Source of the DNA: an uncultured Bacteroidales bacterium
GTDB lineage: Bacteria; Bacteroidota; Bacteroidia; Bacteroidales; P3
Length of the DNA stretch: 64,000 nucleotides
Assembly (NCBI GenBank): GCA_937874175.1
Contig: CALNBJ010000039.1
Coordinates: forward strand, 143 to 64,142
Reading direction: 5' to 3'
The notes beneath the pieces are model-generated. The model was not told the DNA's origin. It worked only from the letters and a program-made list of their open reading frames with translations, and searched no databases. Every line of letters starts with the position of its first letter. The stretch's first letter is position 1. The translations under genes and the position numbers were made by a program. Below are positions 17,569 to 31,271 of the stretch, in pieces.

Positions 17569-18855
17569 TTAATAATTAAAAAAACACAAGCAGAAATTAT
17601 GTAGATTGTTTTTCCAATAATAATCAAGTTTAATGTTATTATTATTGCAAATGCTTTTAACTAATGATAATCCTAAGCCAATTGATGAATTTGAAGAACT
17701 TTCCTTAAAGAAACGTTGAAATATTTTTTCTGTATCCAATTCATTAGACTTAGACGTATTAGAAAAAACAATCTTATTAGAATAAATCTTTATAGAAATT
17801 TCTCCATTTTCTATATTGTGAATAAAAGCATTCTTGATTAGATTATTTATCAAAACTTCGCATAGAGTCTTATTAATATTCACATTTAAATCACTCTCAA
17901 CTTCAAGACTTACCTTTATATTCTTATACTCATAGATTTCTTTAAAGACTTCCATTGAATTATTTACTATTGATGCTAATGAAAGGTTTTCTTTTTCCAG
18001 AAATTGATTATTTTCAATCTTTGTAAGAAGTAATAAAGTCTTATTCAAACGAGTTAAATGTTCTAAAGTAGAAATAGTTTTCACAATTTCTTCTGCCAAC
18101 TCTTCACTAATATCTTGATTAAGGATATTTTCTAATCTATTAATTGAAATAGCCAAAGGAGTTTGAATTTCATGAGAAGCATTTCCTATAAAATTCTTTT
18201 GTTCTTCAAATGCTTTTTCAACTCTTTGTGTACTTTGATTTGTTGCAATGTAAAGCTCTTGAAACTCTTTGATAGATGACATCTGAGGTAGTGGTTGATT
18301 CTTTTTACCTAAATTATAATTCTTTTGCCAGTTTAAAAGCAAATACAAAGGTTTCATACTCTTCTTATAGATCCAAACATATACAATTATGATAGTTAGA
18401 AGAAGAATCAATGCAAGAGTAAATAACCACCAAGCAATTGTTTCAATTAAATCTTTCTTTTCAATACTTGAAGTAAATATTTCTATTTTATATGCTCTAT
18501 TTCCTTCATCAATAAAATATTGAGTTAGAGCTCTTGCTGGTTCTGTCTCCATTTTATCATAAAGATAAATCATAGTATCTCTATAATATGATTTTTGATT
18601 TGAAAGAGCAGTATTTATATCAACTGGAGTAATAAAGAAAACATTATTGGAATTGGTTTGAGTTTCAATAATTTCTTTTCCCTGCTTCTTTTGAGAAATT
18701 AAATAATCGCAGTACAGGTCTAATGAGTCATCAATTTCATCATTAACCTCATTAATAATTGCAAAGAAAACTAATGAAGCCCAAACAGACAAAATAATAG
18801 TAATTGTAATTGTAGTTCTTAGAATTATTGATGTTAAAAGATTTCTATTTTTCAT
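17569..18855 (-). CDS. sensor histidine kinase
   Basis: Two TM helices, H-box NASHEIQTPL, and N/G boxes (NLIKNAFIHN, GLGLSLV). Confidence 0.85.
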   Translation of the reverse strand: MKNRNLLTSIILRTTITITIILSVWASLVFFAIINEVNDEIDDSLDLYCDYLISQKKQGKEIIETQTNSNNVFFITPVDINTALSNQKSYYRDTMIYLYDKMETEPARALTQYFIDEGNRAYKIEIFTSSIEKKDLIETIAWWLFTLALILLLTIIIVYVWIYKKSMKPLYLLLNWQKNYNLGKKNQPLPQMSSIKEFQELYIATNQSTQRVEKAFEEQKNFIGNASHEIQTPLAISINRLENILNQDISEELAEEIVKTISTLEHLTRLNKTLLLLTKIENNQFLEKENLSLASIVNNSMEVFKEIYEYKNIKVSLEVESDLNVNINKTLCEVLINNLIKNAFIHNIENGEISIKIYSNKIVFSNTSKSNELDTEKIFQRFFKESSSNSSIGLGLSLVKSICNNNNIKLDYYWKNNLHNFCLCFFNY

Positions 18856-19540
18856 CTATATCTTCATTAAATATTAGTTTATAACCAAAACCATATATTG
18901 ATTTTATCTCAACCTTTGAACCAGCATCCTTTAGTTTCTTTCTAATGTTTTTGATTTGAGCATAAATAAAATCATAGTTATCAACTTGATCAATATAATC
19001 GCCCCAAACACCTTCAGCAAGAGTTGTTTTGTCAATCAAACGATTTGCTCTATTAATAAAATAGAAAAGTATATCATATTCTTTCCTACTTAAAATTAAT
19101 TCTTTGTCTTCAACAAAAACTTTAAAGCTTGAATTATTTACTTTTAAATCTCCAAAACTAAAAAACACTTCACCATCCCCCATTTTTCTTCTTACAACAC
19201 TCTTAATTCGAGCAATTAGTTCAGCAAAATGAAATGGTTTGGGAAGATAATCATCAGCCCCAAGCTCTAAACCTTCAATTTTATCCTCTAATGAATCTTT
19301 AGCAGAAATTATAATCACACCCTCACTTTTATGAATCTCTTTAAGGCATCTGAGTATGGATAATCCATCTCCATCAGGAAGCATAATATCTAAAAGGATA
19401 CAATCATATTCATACAATTCAATCTTTTCAATTGCCTCTTTGTAGTTTGATGCCATCTCAACAAGAATCTTTTCTTTTTCTAATTCCAATTTAGAGATTT
19501 CTCTCAAATCCTCATTATCTTCAATAATTAGAACCTTCAT
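18845..19540 (-). CDS. OmpR-family response regulator
   Basis: Receiver domain MKVLIIEDNED...DCILLDIMLPDGDG...KP plus a winged-helix C-terminus (IYGFGYKL). The start was taken at the internal Met at 19540. It overlaps the HK start by 11 nt. Confidence 0.9.
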   Translation of the reverse strand: MKVLIIEDNEDLREISKLELEKEKILVEMASNYKEAIEKIELYEYDCILLDIMLPDGDGLSILRCLKEIHKSEGVIIISAKDSLEDKIEGLELGADDYLPKPFHFAELIARIKSVVRRKMGDGEVFFSFGDLKVNNSSFKVFVEDKELILSRKEYDILFYFINRANRLIDKTTLAEGVWGDYIDQVDNYDFIYAQIKNIRKKLKDAGSKVEIKSIYGFGYKLIFNEDIDEK

Positions 19541-19591
19541 AACAAAATAATAACTCAATAAATTTTAATACTAACTACAATCATATAATTG

Positions 19592-19599
19592 CAAAATTA
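19592..19599 (-). promoter_or_regulatory. -7 box (TAATTTTG on the minus strand) for the RR-HK operon
   Basis: The plus strand reads CAAAATTA, about 50 nt upstream of the ATG at 19540. Confidence 0.45.
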
Positions 19600-19676
19600 G
19601 TAAAATAAAATTAACTTAGATATTCAATTATGAATTCTATTCAATTAGTAAAAAGAAAAGAAGTTAGTCTTATTAC

Positions 19677-21305
<1,629 letters not shown>

Positions 21306-21324
21306 TTATCATCAAATTAAGATG

Positions 21325-21332
21325 CAAATATA
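21325..21332 (-). promoter_or_regulatory. -7 box (TATATTTG on the minus strand) for pyrG
   Basis: The plus strand reads CAAATATA, 38 nt upstream of the pyrG ATG. Confidence 0.45.
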
Positions 21333-21366
21333 ATTCTTTTTTGCGTTGCATTAAGCATATTTATAT

Positions 21367-21374
21367 TAATTTTG
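21367..21374 (+). promoter_or_regulatory. -7 box TAATTTTG only 5 nt before the flippase ATG
   Basis: Exact TAnnTTTG match, with the ATG at 21380. This implies a leaderless or near-leaderless mRNA. Confidence 0.4.
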
Positions 21375-21379
21375 CAGCA

Positions 21380-22822
21380 ATGGATATAAAAGAAAAAACA
21401 ATAAACGGAGTTATATGGAGTGCTATTGAACGTTTTTCGGTTCAAATAATTCAATTTATAGTTCAAATAATTATTGCTCGCCTTCTCTTACCTTCCGATT
21501 ATGGACTTATTGGCATGCTTGCCATTTTTATGGCTTTGGCACAAACTTTTACTGATGGAGGACTTTCCAATGCTCTAATTCAAAAGAAAGACAGAAATGA
21601 AACAGATTATTCAACTGTTTTCTATTTTAACATTGTAATAGGAATATTTCTTGCTCTTATTTTCTTTCTCTGTTCTGGAATAATAGCCGAGTTCTATCTA
21701 ATGCCTAAACTTAAACTTGTTATTCAAGTTATGTCCATAAATCTAATAATTTTGGCATTTCAAGTTATTCAAAAAACAATTCTTACTATAAAAATTGACT
21801 TTAAAACTCAGGCAAAAGCTTCCTTAATATCTGTTATTATTGGTGGTGCAATTGGAATTGCAATGGCTTACAAAGGATTTGGAGTTTGGGCTTTGGTTGC
21901 ACAATTTACTATAATTAATTTATTTCAAACATCTCTTTTTTGGTATTTGGAGAAATGGAGACCTAAACTAATATTCTCAAAATCCTCATTTACTCGACTT
22001 TTTGGCTTTGGATCAAAGATTTTATTAGCTAACCTTATTCACACCATTTACCTGAATCTCTATACTTTAGTTATTGGAAAACGCTTTTCCGCCACAAATC
22101 TGGGCTATTACACCCGTGCAGAACAATTTGCTCAATTCCCCTCCTCCAACATTACTGGAATTTTATGGAGAGTTACCTACCCTATTATGTCTTCAATCCA
22201 AGATGAAAACCAAAGGCTCAAACAAGTTCTTCGTCAATACTTGCGTCTATCGGCATTTATTGTCTTTCCTCTAATGATTGGCTTAGCCGCAATTGCAGAA
22301 CCTTTTATTATTCTTATTCTTACTGAGAAATGGAAAGGAATTGTACCTATTCTTCAAATTCTTTCCATTTATTATATGCTCTATCCTCTTAATGCTATTC
22401 ATCAAAACCTTATGCAGGTTAAGGGAAGAAGTGATTTGTTTTTGAGGTTAGAAATAATTAAAAAGATTATTGGTATTGCTCTTTTGTTTATTTCTTTACC
22501 TTTTGGCATTTATGTTCTTTGTTCAAGTTTAATAATCTACGCTATAATAAACTTTGCTCTCAATACTTATTATGGGTCAAAACTAATAAATCTTGACATA
22601 CCAACACAACTTAAAGATATTGCAAGAGTTCTTTTGGCTTCTGCATTTATGGGAGCAATTGTTTACATAGTTAATTATATTGATGTATCCTATCTTTTAA
22701 AACTTCTTTTGGGAGTTATTATTGGTGGAGTATCCTACTACTTAATTGCAAGAATTTTTAAGATGAAAGAGTTGGAACAATTGGTTTCTCTTGTTAAAGG
22801 ATATATTGGGAAAAAGGCATAA
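21380..22822 (+). CDS. polysaccharide/oligosaccharide flippase (Wzx-like, MOP superfamily)
   Basis: About 14 TM helices. The N-terminal pattern GVIWSAIERFSVQIIQFIVQIIIARLLLPSDYGL is typical of polysaccharide biosynthesis protein flippases. Confidence 0.65.
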   Translation: MDIKEKTINGVIWSAIERFSVQIIQFIVQIIIARLLLPSDYGLIGMLAIFMALAQTFTDGGLSNALIQKKDRNETDYSTVFYFNIVIGIFLALIFFLCSGIIAEFYLMPKLKLVIQVMSINLIILAFQVIQKTILTIKIDFKTQAKASLISVIIGGAIGIAMAYKGFGVWALVAQFTIINLFQTSLFWYLEKWRPKLIFSKSSFTRLFGFGSKILLANLIHTIYLNLYTLVIGKRFSATNLGYYTRAEQFAQFPSSNITGILWRVTYPIMSSIQDENQRLKQVLRQYLRLSAFIVFPLMIGLAAIAEPFIILILTEKWKGIVPILQILSIYYMLYPLNAIHQNLMQVKGRSDLFLRLEIIKKIIGIALLFISLPFGIYVLCSSLIIYAIINFALNTYYGSKLINLDIPTQLKDIARVLLASAFMGAIVYIVNYIDVSYLLKLLLGVIIGGVSYYLIARIFKMKELEQLVSLVKGYIGKKA

Positions 22823-22827
22823 AAAAA

Positions 22828-22858
22828 CTCCAATACTTTTTCTTAGGAAGTATTGGAG
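22828..22858. terminator. bidirectional hairpin terminator between convergent genes
   Basis: CTCCAATACTT-loop-AAGTATTGGAG, preceded by an A-run on the plus strand. Confidence 0.6.
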
Positions 22859-22894
22859 CTATAATATTAGAAAAGTAAATTCTCTTTTGCTTAA

Positions 22895-24856
<1,962 letters not shown>

Positions 24857-24870
24857 TTAAAATCAATCTG

Positions 24871-24878
24871 CAAATATA
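24871..24878 (-). promoter_or_regulatory. -7 box (TATATTTG on the minus strand) for gyrB
   Basis: The plus strand reads CAAATATA, 24 nt upstream of the gyrB ATG. Confidence 0.5.
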
Positions 24879-25114
24879 CAAAAAAGATTTGACACTAAAT
24901 ATCATTTAAAACATATATTCCTATTCAAAAATAAACCAAAGATATAAGCAAAGCAAGAATAGGAGAAATTGCAGTTTAAATAAGGGAAATAGAAATACCA
25001 ATTAGAGAAAATTTAGTAAAGAAGATTAAATTTTTAAGGCATATAACTTTATTTATATAAGGCTTCATTCAAACAAAACCCTATTTAAACATAATTAAAT
25101 CAAGTAAAAATTCC

Positions 25115-25218
25115 GTAAGGTGCCACCTTACTTAAGTATGGTGCCACCATACTATAATTATGGTACGACCATAACACAACTAAGGTACGACCATAACTAT
25201 ATTATGGTACGACCATAT
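25115..25218. repeat. phased palindrome array, locus 3 (5 units, 21-22 bp period)
   Basis: The five units are GTAAGGTGCCACCTTAC, AGTATGGTGCCACCATACT, TTATGGTACGACCATAA, CTAAGGTACGACCATAA and TTATGGTACGACCATAT. Their centres are at 25123, 25144, 25166, 25188 and 25210. Confidence 0.9.
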
Positions 25219-25351
25219 GAAATTTAAACTTGGTTTAAATAAAATAATACTTGATTTCCACAGATTTATATAAGGGAAAATAAATTTATAGTATGATTAA
25301 TTTTTAGAAAATCAGATTAAAGATATAATAAGTTAAGGTTGAAGGAATTCT

Positions 25352-27187
25352 CTACTTTAAAACAGGGTATTGGATTCTGGTGTGATAGATAGCTTGTAGC
25401 TTTTTCTTTAGAACTTGTTTAATGATGGTAATGTCTCTAAAGGTTATGTTGGAATTGGAGAATTGATCGTTATTGATTTGGTCATCAATTATTCCATCAA
25501 CCAAATTACTTATTGATTTTTCAGAATGATCCTTCAAACTTCTTGAAGCTGCTTCAACGCTATCAACCATCATTACAACAGCTGTTTCTCTTGAAAATGG
25601 CTTAGGTCCTTTGTAGGTGAACATATTTTCATCAATTGGAAGTTCTGGATGTTCTAACTTTTGCTTATTATAGAAATATTTGGTTTTGGTTGAACCATGA
25701 TGTGTTCGAATAAAGTCAATTATTGGTTCTGGAAGCTTGAATTTGTGGGCAAGTTTAACCCCATCAACAACATGTGAAGTAATGATTTGAGCAGACTCTT
25801 CATTTGAGCTTTCATTGTGAGGATTGAATCCTGTTTGTTGATTTTCTATAAAGAAAAGTGGCATAATTGTTTTGCCAATATCGTGATGCAAAGCTCCAAC
25901 TCTAACCAAAAGGGCATTACCTCCAATTTGATGAATTAAATCTTCTGCCAAATTAGCCACTTGAACAGAGTGTTGAAAAGTTCCTGGTGCTTTAACGGAC
26001 AATTCTCTTAAAATCTTATTATTAGTGTCGGAATATTCAAGCAAAGACAATTCACTAACATATCCAAATATTTTCTCAAAGATGAAAATCAAAGGAAAAG
26101 CCAAAAGAGTCATACCTGCATTCATTGCAAAATATGCAAAACGATAAGGATTTATTTTTGAAAGGTCAGCATCCTGTATAAGAGTAAGGGCCAAGTATAC
26201 AATTGAATAGGTAAGAAAGACAAATACACTTGTTTTAATAAAGTCAGATCTTCTTTCAAGGTGTTCCATACTAATTATTACCATCATTCCAACCATTAGT
26301 TGATAGAAAACAAATTCAAAACTATTTGGAACAGAAAATCCAATTATAATTATATTTACCAAGAAAACATACAAAGAAGAACGTGAGTCGAAAAATGTTC
26401 TAATAAGAATTGGGGTCAAACAAAGTGGAGCAACATATATGTATCGTAAATTAACATTTACAATAATTGCTGTAATTCCCACCATCATAATAATAACACT
26501 AAGAATTAAGATTATTTTTCTGTTGTCTTCATATAGCTCAGAAATAATGTATTTGAAGAAAAAGAGCATTGACAAGAGTGCAATTGCAACCAAAATAAAC
26601 TGTCCTAAAATTTGTTTGTAAATAATTCTATGAGCAGTAAATTTTTCTTCATAAGCCTTTCTATAGATTGAAAGTGCTTCATATTTTGTTTGACTAACTT
26701 CCTCTCCTTTGGCAATAATTTGGTCTCCTTTAGCAATAGATTCTTTAATGGTTGAAATATTATCTAATTTAATATTCAATGCCTCTTTTGTTTTCTCTGG
26801 ATTGAATTTTAAAGGAGCTGAAATTTCTGATAACTTAACATCAAAAGCAGTGGAATCTTTTAGAACAACTATCGAATAGCTTAATGGCAACCCTTCAACT
26901 TCTTTAGGAATATAAATGCTATCTCCTTCAACAATATCAAAATAGAGTTTCTTATTATTAATTATTGCTGACTTTTCTTCCTTCAATTCTTCATTAGACT
27001 TGTTGATTACAATATCAATTGGAGAAATTAAATTATCATATTCCCAAAAAGAGCCTTGTTGAAAATCATATTTAAAAGTCTGATTAGACGGAAATATCCA
27101 AACAATTAAAGCACTTGCAATCAATGCCATCATCGATTTACCAATATTTGCTAAAATTTTCCTTTTTCTTGCTTTATTTGTTGCCAT
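25352..27187 (-). CDS. 7TM-receptor HD-domain phosphohydrolase (PgpH/YqfF-like)
   Basis: 611 aa with an extracellular N-domain, a 7-TM block and a C-terminal HD domain (GALHHDIGK, RTHHG). Confidence 0.75.
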   Translation of the reverse strand: MATNKARKRKILANIGKSMMALIASALIVWIFPSNQTFKYDFQQGSFWEYDNLISPIDIVINKSNEELKEEKSAIINNKKLYFDIVEGDSIYIPKEVEGLPLSYSIVVLKDSTAFDVKLSEISAPLKFNPEKTKEALNIKLDNISTIKESIAKGDQIIAKGEEVSQTKYEALSIYRKAYEEKFTAHRIIYKQILGQFILVAIALLSMLFFFKYIISELYEDNRKIILILSVIIMMVGITAIIVNVNLRYIYVAPLCLTPILIRTFFDSRSSLYVFLVNIIIIGFSVPNSFEFVFYQLMVGMMVIISMEHLERRSDFIKTSVFVFLTYSIVYLALTLIQDADLSKINPYRFAYFAMNAGMTLLAFPLIFIFEKIFGYVSELSLLEYSDTNNKILRELSVKAPGTFQHSVQVANLAEDLIHQIGGNALLVRVGALHHDIGKTIMPLFFIENQQTGFNPHNESSNEESAQIITSHVVDGVKLAHKFKLPEPIIDFIRTHHGSTKTKYFYNKQKLEHPELPIDENMFTYKGPKPFSRETAVVMMVDSVEAASRSLKDHSEKSISNLVDGIIDDQINNDQFSNSNITFRDITIIKQVLKKKLQAIYHTRIQYPVLK

Positions 27188-27935
27188 TCTTTTCTTTTAT
27201 CTTCTTGGTTAATGCTGTACAAAAAATAAAATCATTAAGCTCTTTATTATCAGAATTCAAAACATTCTTATTATCTCCCTGCCACCACAACTCACCATGA
27301 TGCAAATAGTATATCCTCTCACCAATTTCCACAACAGAATTCATATCATGAGTATTAATAATTGTTGTAATGTTATATTCGTGAGTGATGTCAGAAATCA
27401 ATTCGTCAATTAATATTGAAGTTTGAGGGTCTAATCCTGAATTTGGCTCATCACAAAATAAATATTTAGGCTTTGCAGCAATAGCCCTTGCAATGGCAAC
27501 TCTTTTCTTCATGCCACCACTGAGTTCGGAAGGCATCATCTTATTAATTCCTTTCAAATTTACTCTCTCCAAACAAACATTAACCTGCTCAAGCATCTTT
27601 CCATATGAAGTTCTTTGAAACATTCTAATAGGAAACATCACATTTTCTTCAATTGTCATAGAGTCAAACAAAGCTCCAGCTTGGAAAACCATTCCCATTT
27701 CTTTTCTAACATCAATTTGTTGAGTGGTTGTCATTTTATTAAATACCCTATTTCCAAACATAACCTCACCCTCATCAGGAGAATGCAAGCCAACAAGAGT
27801 TTTCATCAAAACAGTTTTTCCACTACCACTCTGTCCAATAATCAAATTACATTTTCCTTTAGCAAACTGAATATTTATATTCTTCAGCACCTGCCTGCCT
27901 TCAAAGGATTTCGATATATTTTTGATTTCAATCAT
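27174..27935 (-). CDS. ABC transporter ATP-binding protein (MlaF-like)
   Basis: Walker A GQSGSGKT, signature LSGGMKKRV and Walker B LFCDEPNSGLD. Confidence 0.85.
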   Translation of the reverse strand: MIEIKNISKSFEGRQVLKNINIQFAKGKCNLIIGQSGSGKTVLMKTLVGLHSPDEGEVMFGNRVFNKMTTTQQIDVRKEMGMVFQAGALFDSMTIEENVMFPIRMFQRTSYGKMLEQVNVCLERVNLKGINKMMPSELSGGMKKRVAIARAIAAKPKYLFCDEPNSGLDPQTSILIDELISDITHEYNITTIINTHDMNSVVEIGERIYYLHHGELWWQGDNKNVLNSDNKELNDFIFCTALTKKIKEKNGNK

Positions 27936-28681
27936 TAGAAAAACAAGTTAGTTATTAATAAATTAAAAACCATTATCGCAACACTGCTTTGAACAACTGC
28001 CTTTGTACTTTGAATCCCTACTTCAACAGAACCTCCAACCATTGTGTACCCCCTATAAGATGCAATTGAGGAAATAATTAAAGCATTTACTGCCGTTTTA
28101 ACCATAGCATAAACAACATCGTAAGTAGTAAACTCAAGTCTAATTCCTTCAATGTAATGAAAAGCGGACAATCCATTTGCCATTCCTCCAAATCCTCCTC
28201 CAATCAATCCAATAAAAATGCTAAGAATAATTAGCAAAGGAAAGAATACAAAACAAGCAAATATTTTAGGTAAAATAAGATAATTGGCTGTATTAACTCC
28301 CATAACCTCCATTGCATCTATTTGTTCAGAAATTTTCTGAGAACCAATTTCTGAAGCTATCATAGAGGCACATTTACCAGCCAAAATTAACGAAATAACC
28401 GTTGGTGCAAATTCCAAAATTAGTGCTTTTCTTGAAGCATATCCATAAATCCATGAAGGATAAATAGGATTTTCTAAATTAAGTATCATTTGAATTACAA
28501 CTGCCGCACCAACAAACACAGAAATCACACAGACAATAGGGATTGAATTAACCCCCAATGCCTCCATCTCATGAAGAATTTGCCTACGAAATATATGCAT
28601 ATTTTGAGGTTTCTTAAAGGCATCCTTCATTAATATAAGATATGACCCAAACTCTAACAAGAAATTTCTAATTAACGACAT
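27935..28681 (-). CDS. MlaE-family ABC transporter permease
   Basis: 248 aa. The pattern GVNSIPIV...EIGSQKISEQIDAMEVMGVN is typical of the MlaE/Ttg2B permease family. Confidence 0.8.
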   Translation of the reverse strand: MSLIRNFLLEFGSYLILMKDAFKKPQNMHIFRRQILHEMEALGVNSIPIVCVISVFVGAAVVIQMILNLENPIYPSWIYGYASRKALILEFAPTVISLILAGKCASMIASEIGSQKISEQIDAMEVMGVNTANYLILPKIFACFVFFPLLIILSIFIGLIGGGFGGMANGLSAFHYIEGIRLEFTTYDVVYAMVKTAVNALIISSIASYRGYTMVGGSVEVGIQSTKAVVQSSVAIMVFNLLITNLFF

Positions 28682-31251
28682 TAACTTATTTCAATTTTAG
28701 TTTTATCTTTCTTTACTGTTACTTTAATATTTTTCTTTTCCTTTCCTTGATTTTCAAGAATAGCTTCAGAAAGCGGGTCTTCAACTCGTCTTTGAATTTC
28801 TCTTTTCAAAGGTCTTGCTCCAAATTGTTGATCTATTCCTTTCTCAACAATAAATTCTTTTAACTCTTGAGTAAATTCAATATTATAATCCAAACTACTT
28901 AATCGTTTTGATAATTTATTAAGTTCAATTTCTATAATCTTAACAATATCATCCTTAAAAAGAGAGCGGAAAAAAACCATATCATCAATCCTATTTAGAA
29001 ACTCAGGTGCAAAGGTTTTATTAATATCGTTTTCAATTATGCTCTTTTCTATTTCTGCAGCTTTATTTTCTCTTGCTGATGTTGAAAAACCTACTCCAAT
29101 ACCAAAATCCTTAATTTTTCTACTTCCAACATTTGATGTCATTATAATTATAGTATTTTTAAAGTCAATTTCTCTTCCAAGAGAATCTGTCAAACGACCA
29201 TCATCCAAAATTTGAAGCAATATATTAAACACATCGTGATGTGCCTTTTCTATTTCATCAAACAGAACAATTGAATAAGGATGCTGCCTAACCTTTTCCG
29301 TTAGTTGACCAGCTTCCTCATGCCCAACATAACCAGGAGGAGAACCAATAATTCGTGAAACAGAATGTTTTTCCATATATTCACTCATATCCAATCGAAT
29401 AAGGTTCTTTTCTGAATCAAATAAATACTTTGCTAATTCTTTTGCCAGTAGAGTTTTTCCAACTCCTGTAGGACCAACAAAAATAAAAGAACCTATTGGA
29501 CGATTTGGGTCATTAATTCCAACCCTTGCTCTTCTAATTGCTTTTGAAACCTTAGCTACAGCATCATCTTGTCCAACAATAATTCCTTTGAGATTATCCT
29601 CCATTTTGAGAAGCTTTTGTGTTTCATCTGTACTTACCCTTTGAATCTTAACACCACTCATCATTGAAATAATATGAGCTATTTCTTCTTCCCCTACTGA
29701 AATATAATTACCCTCAATTTCATTTTCCCAATTCTTATATTTAACACTCAACTCTTCTTGAAGGCCTTCAATTTCTTCTTTTTGAAGCTTTGCTTTTTCA
29801 AACTCTCTGTTACTAACAGCCTCTTTTTTCGAAATTTCAGCTTCAATTATCTTTTTTTCCAATTCAACAATCTCTAAAGGAACTCTCAAATCCTTAACAT
29901 GAGCCCTTGCTCCTGCTTCATCAAGTGCATCAATAGCTTTATCGGGCAATTGTCTATCGTTAATATATCTATCTGAAAGTTTAACACATGCCTCAAGAGC
30001 CTCATCAGAATATTTCACCTTATGATGTTGTTCGTACTTAAACTTTATGTTTTTAAGAATAGTCAATGTTTCCTCCTGAGTTGTAGGTTCAATCATAACC
30101 TTCTGAAACCTTCTCTCCAGAGCCCCATCCGATTCAATATTCTTTCTATATTCACTAAGTGTAGTTGCTCCAATACATTGAATTTCTCCACGTGCTAAAG
30201 CTGGTTTAAAAATATTACTTGCATCCAAAGAACCTGAAGCATTTCCAGCTCCAACAATGGTATGTATCTCATCAATAAAAAGTATAATCTCTGGATTTTT
30301 TTCTAATTCCGAAATTAATCCTTTAAGTCTTTCCTCAAACTGACCTCTATATTTTGTTCCTGCAACAACAGAAGCTAAGTCTAAGGTGTATATTTTCTTC
30401 TTAAACAATGTGTATGGAACATCTTTTGCTGCAATTCTTAAAGCCAGTCCTTCTGCAATTGCACTCTTACCAACTCCAGGTTCTCCAATCAAAATTGGAT
30501 TATTTTTCTTTCTTCTTGATAAAATTTGTGCAATTCTTTCCATCTCCTTTTCTCTTCCAACAATAGGGTCAATAAGTCCATACTCTGCTTGTTGTGAAAG
30601 ATTCTTACCAAAATTATCTAAGAATGGTGTAGGTTTCTTATCGGTTTTAAAACTAGAAACTTTACCCGATTGTTTTAAAGGCATTTTTTTCCCAAAAAAA
30701 CTATCCTCTTCTTCATCCGCATTGTCATAAATTGAATCAGATTCAGTAAAAGGATTTGAGCTAGACTTTTCATCATCAAATTCAAATTCATCATCTTCAT
30801 CATTTTCTTTTTCAATAGAATTCTTTATCCATGAATGAATAATATCGTAGGTTAGTCCATTACCAAAAAGAATATTTGAAACCAAATTATTGCCTTCCTT
30901 CAAAATAGCTGCAAGAAAATGCTCTGTGCCAATTTCATCAACTCCCAATTCAGTTGCTTCCAAAAAAGAAAGCTTAACAACCCTTTCAGTTTGTTTTAAA
31001 AGAGGGACATCCCTTTCCTGATTTATAGCACTAAAAGTGTGCTGTTGTTGAATAGTTTGTTCTATTTCCTTTTTAATTGTTTGTGCATCTATATTAAACT
31101 CCGACAATATCTGCATTGCCTTACATTCTTTTTCCCTTACAATTCCCAAAAACAAGTGTTCAACTCCAAAAAAATCACTTCTAAGCCTCATTGCTTCATC
31201 ACTACCTGCTTTTATAACGTTCTTAGCGTGTTGTGTTAGTTTAGCGTCCAT
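28681..31251 (-). CDS. clpC: Clp/Hsp100 ATPase, ClpC-type
   Basis: Double Clp_N repeat; two AAA+ modules (GEPGVGKSA/LFIDEIH and GPTGVGKT/VLFDEIEKA); a short UVR-like linker rather than the long ClpB M-domain. Confidence 0.85.
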   Translation of the reverse strand: MDAKLTQHAKNVIKAGSDEAMRLRSDFFGVEHLFLGIVREKECKAMQILSEFNIDAQTIKKEIEQTIQQQHTFSAINQERDVPLLKQTERVVKLSFLEATELGVDEIGTEHFLAAILKEGNNLVSNILFGNGLTYDIIHSWIKNSIEKENDEDDEFEFDDEKSSSNPFTESDSIYDNADEEEDSFFGKKMPLKQSGKVSSFKTDKKPTPFLDNFGKNLSQQAEYGLIDPIVGREKEMERIAQILSRRKKNNPILIGEPGVGKSAIAEGLALRIAAKDVPYTLFKKKIYTLDLASVVAGTKYRGQFEERLKGLISELEKNPEIILFIDEIHTIVGAGNASGSLDASNIFKPALARGEIQCIGATTLSEYRKNIESDGALERRFQKVMIEPTTQEETLTILKNIKFKYEQHHKVKYSDEALEACVKLSDRYINDRQLPDKAIDALDEAGARAHVKDLRVPLEIVELEKKIIEAEISKKEAVSNREFEKAKLQKEEIEGLQEELSVKYKNWENEIEGNYISVGEEEIAHIISMMSGVKIQRVSTDETQKLLKMEDNLKGIIVGQDDAVAKVSKAIRRARVGINDPNRPIGSFIFVGPTGVGKTLLAKELAKYLFDSEKNLIRLDMSEYMEKHSVSRIIGSPPGYVGHEEAGQLTEKVRQHPYSIVLFDEIEKAHHDVFNILLQILDDGRLTDSLGREIDFKNTIIIMTSNVGSRKIKDFGIGVGFSTSARENKAAEIEKSIIENDINKTFAPEFLNRIDDMVFFRSLFKDDIVKIIEIELNKLSKRLSSLDYNIEFTQELKEFIVEKGIDQQFGARPLKREIQRRVEDPLSEAILENQGKEKKNIKVTVKKDKTKIEIS

Positions 31252-31271
31252 AATTCAAATAAAAATATTGT

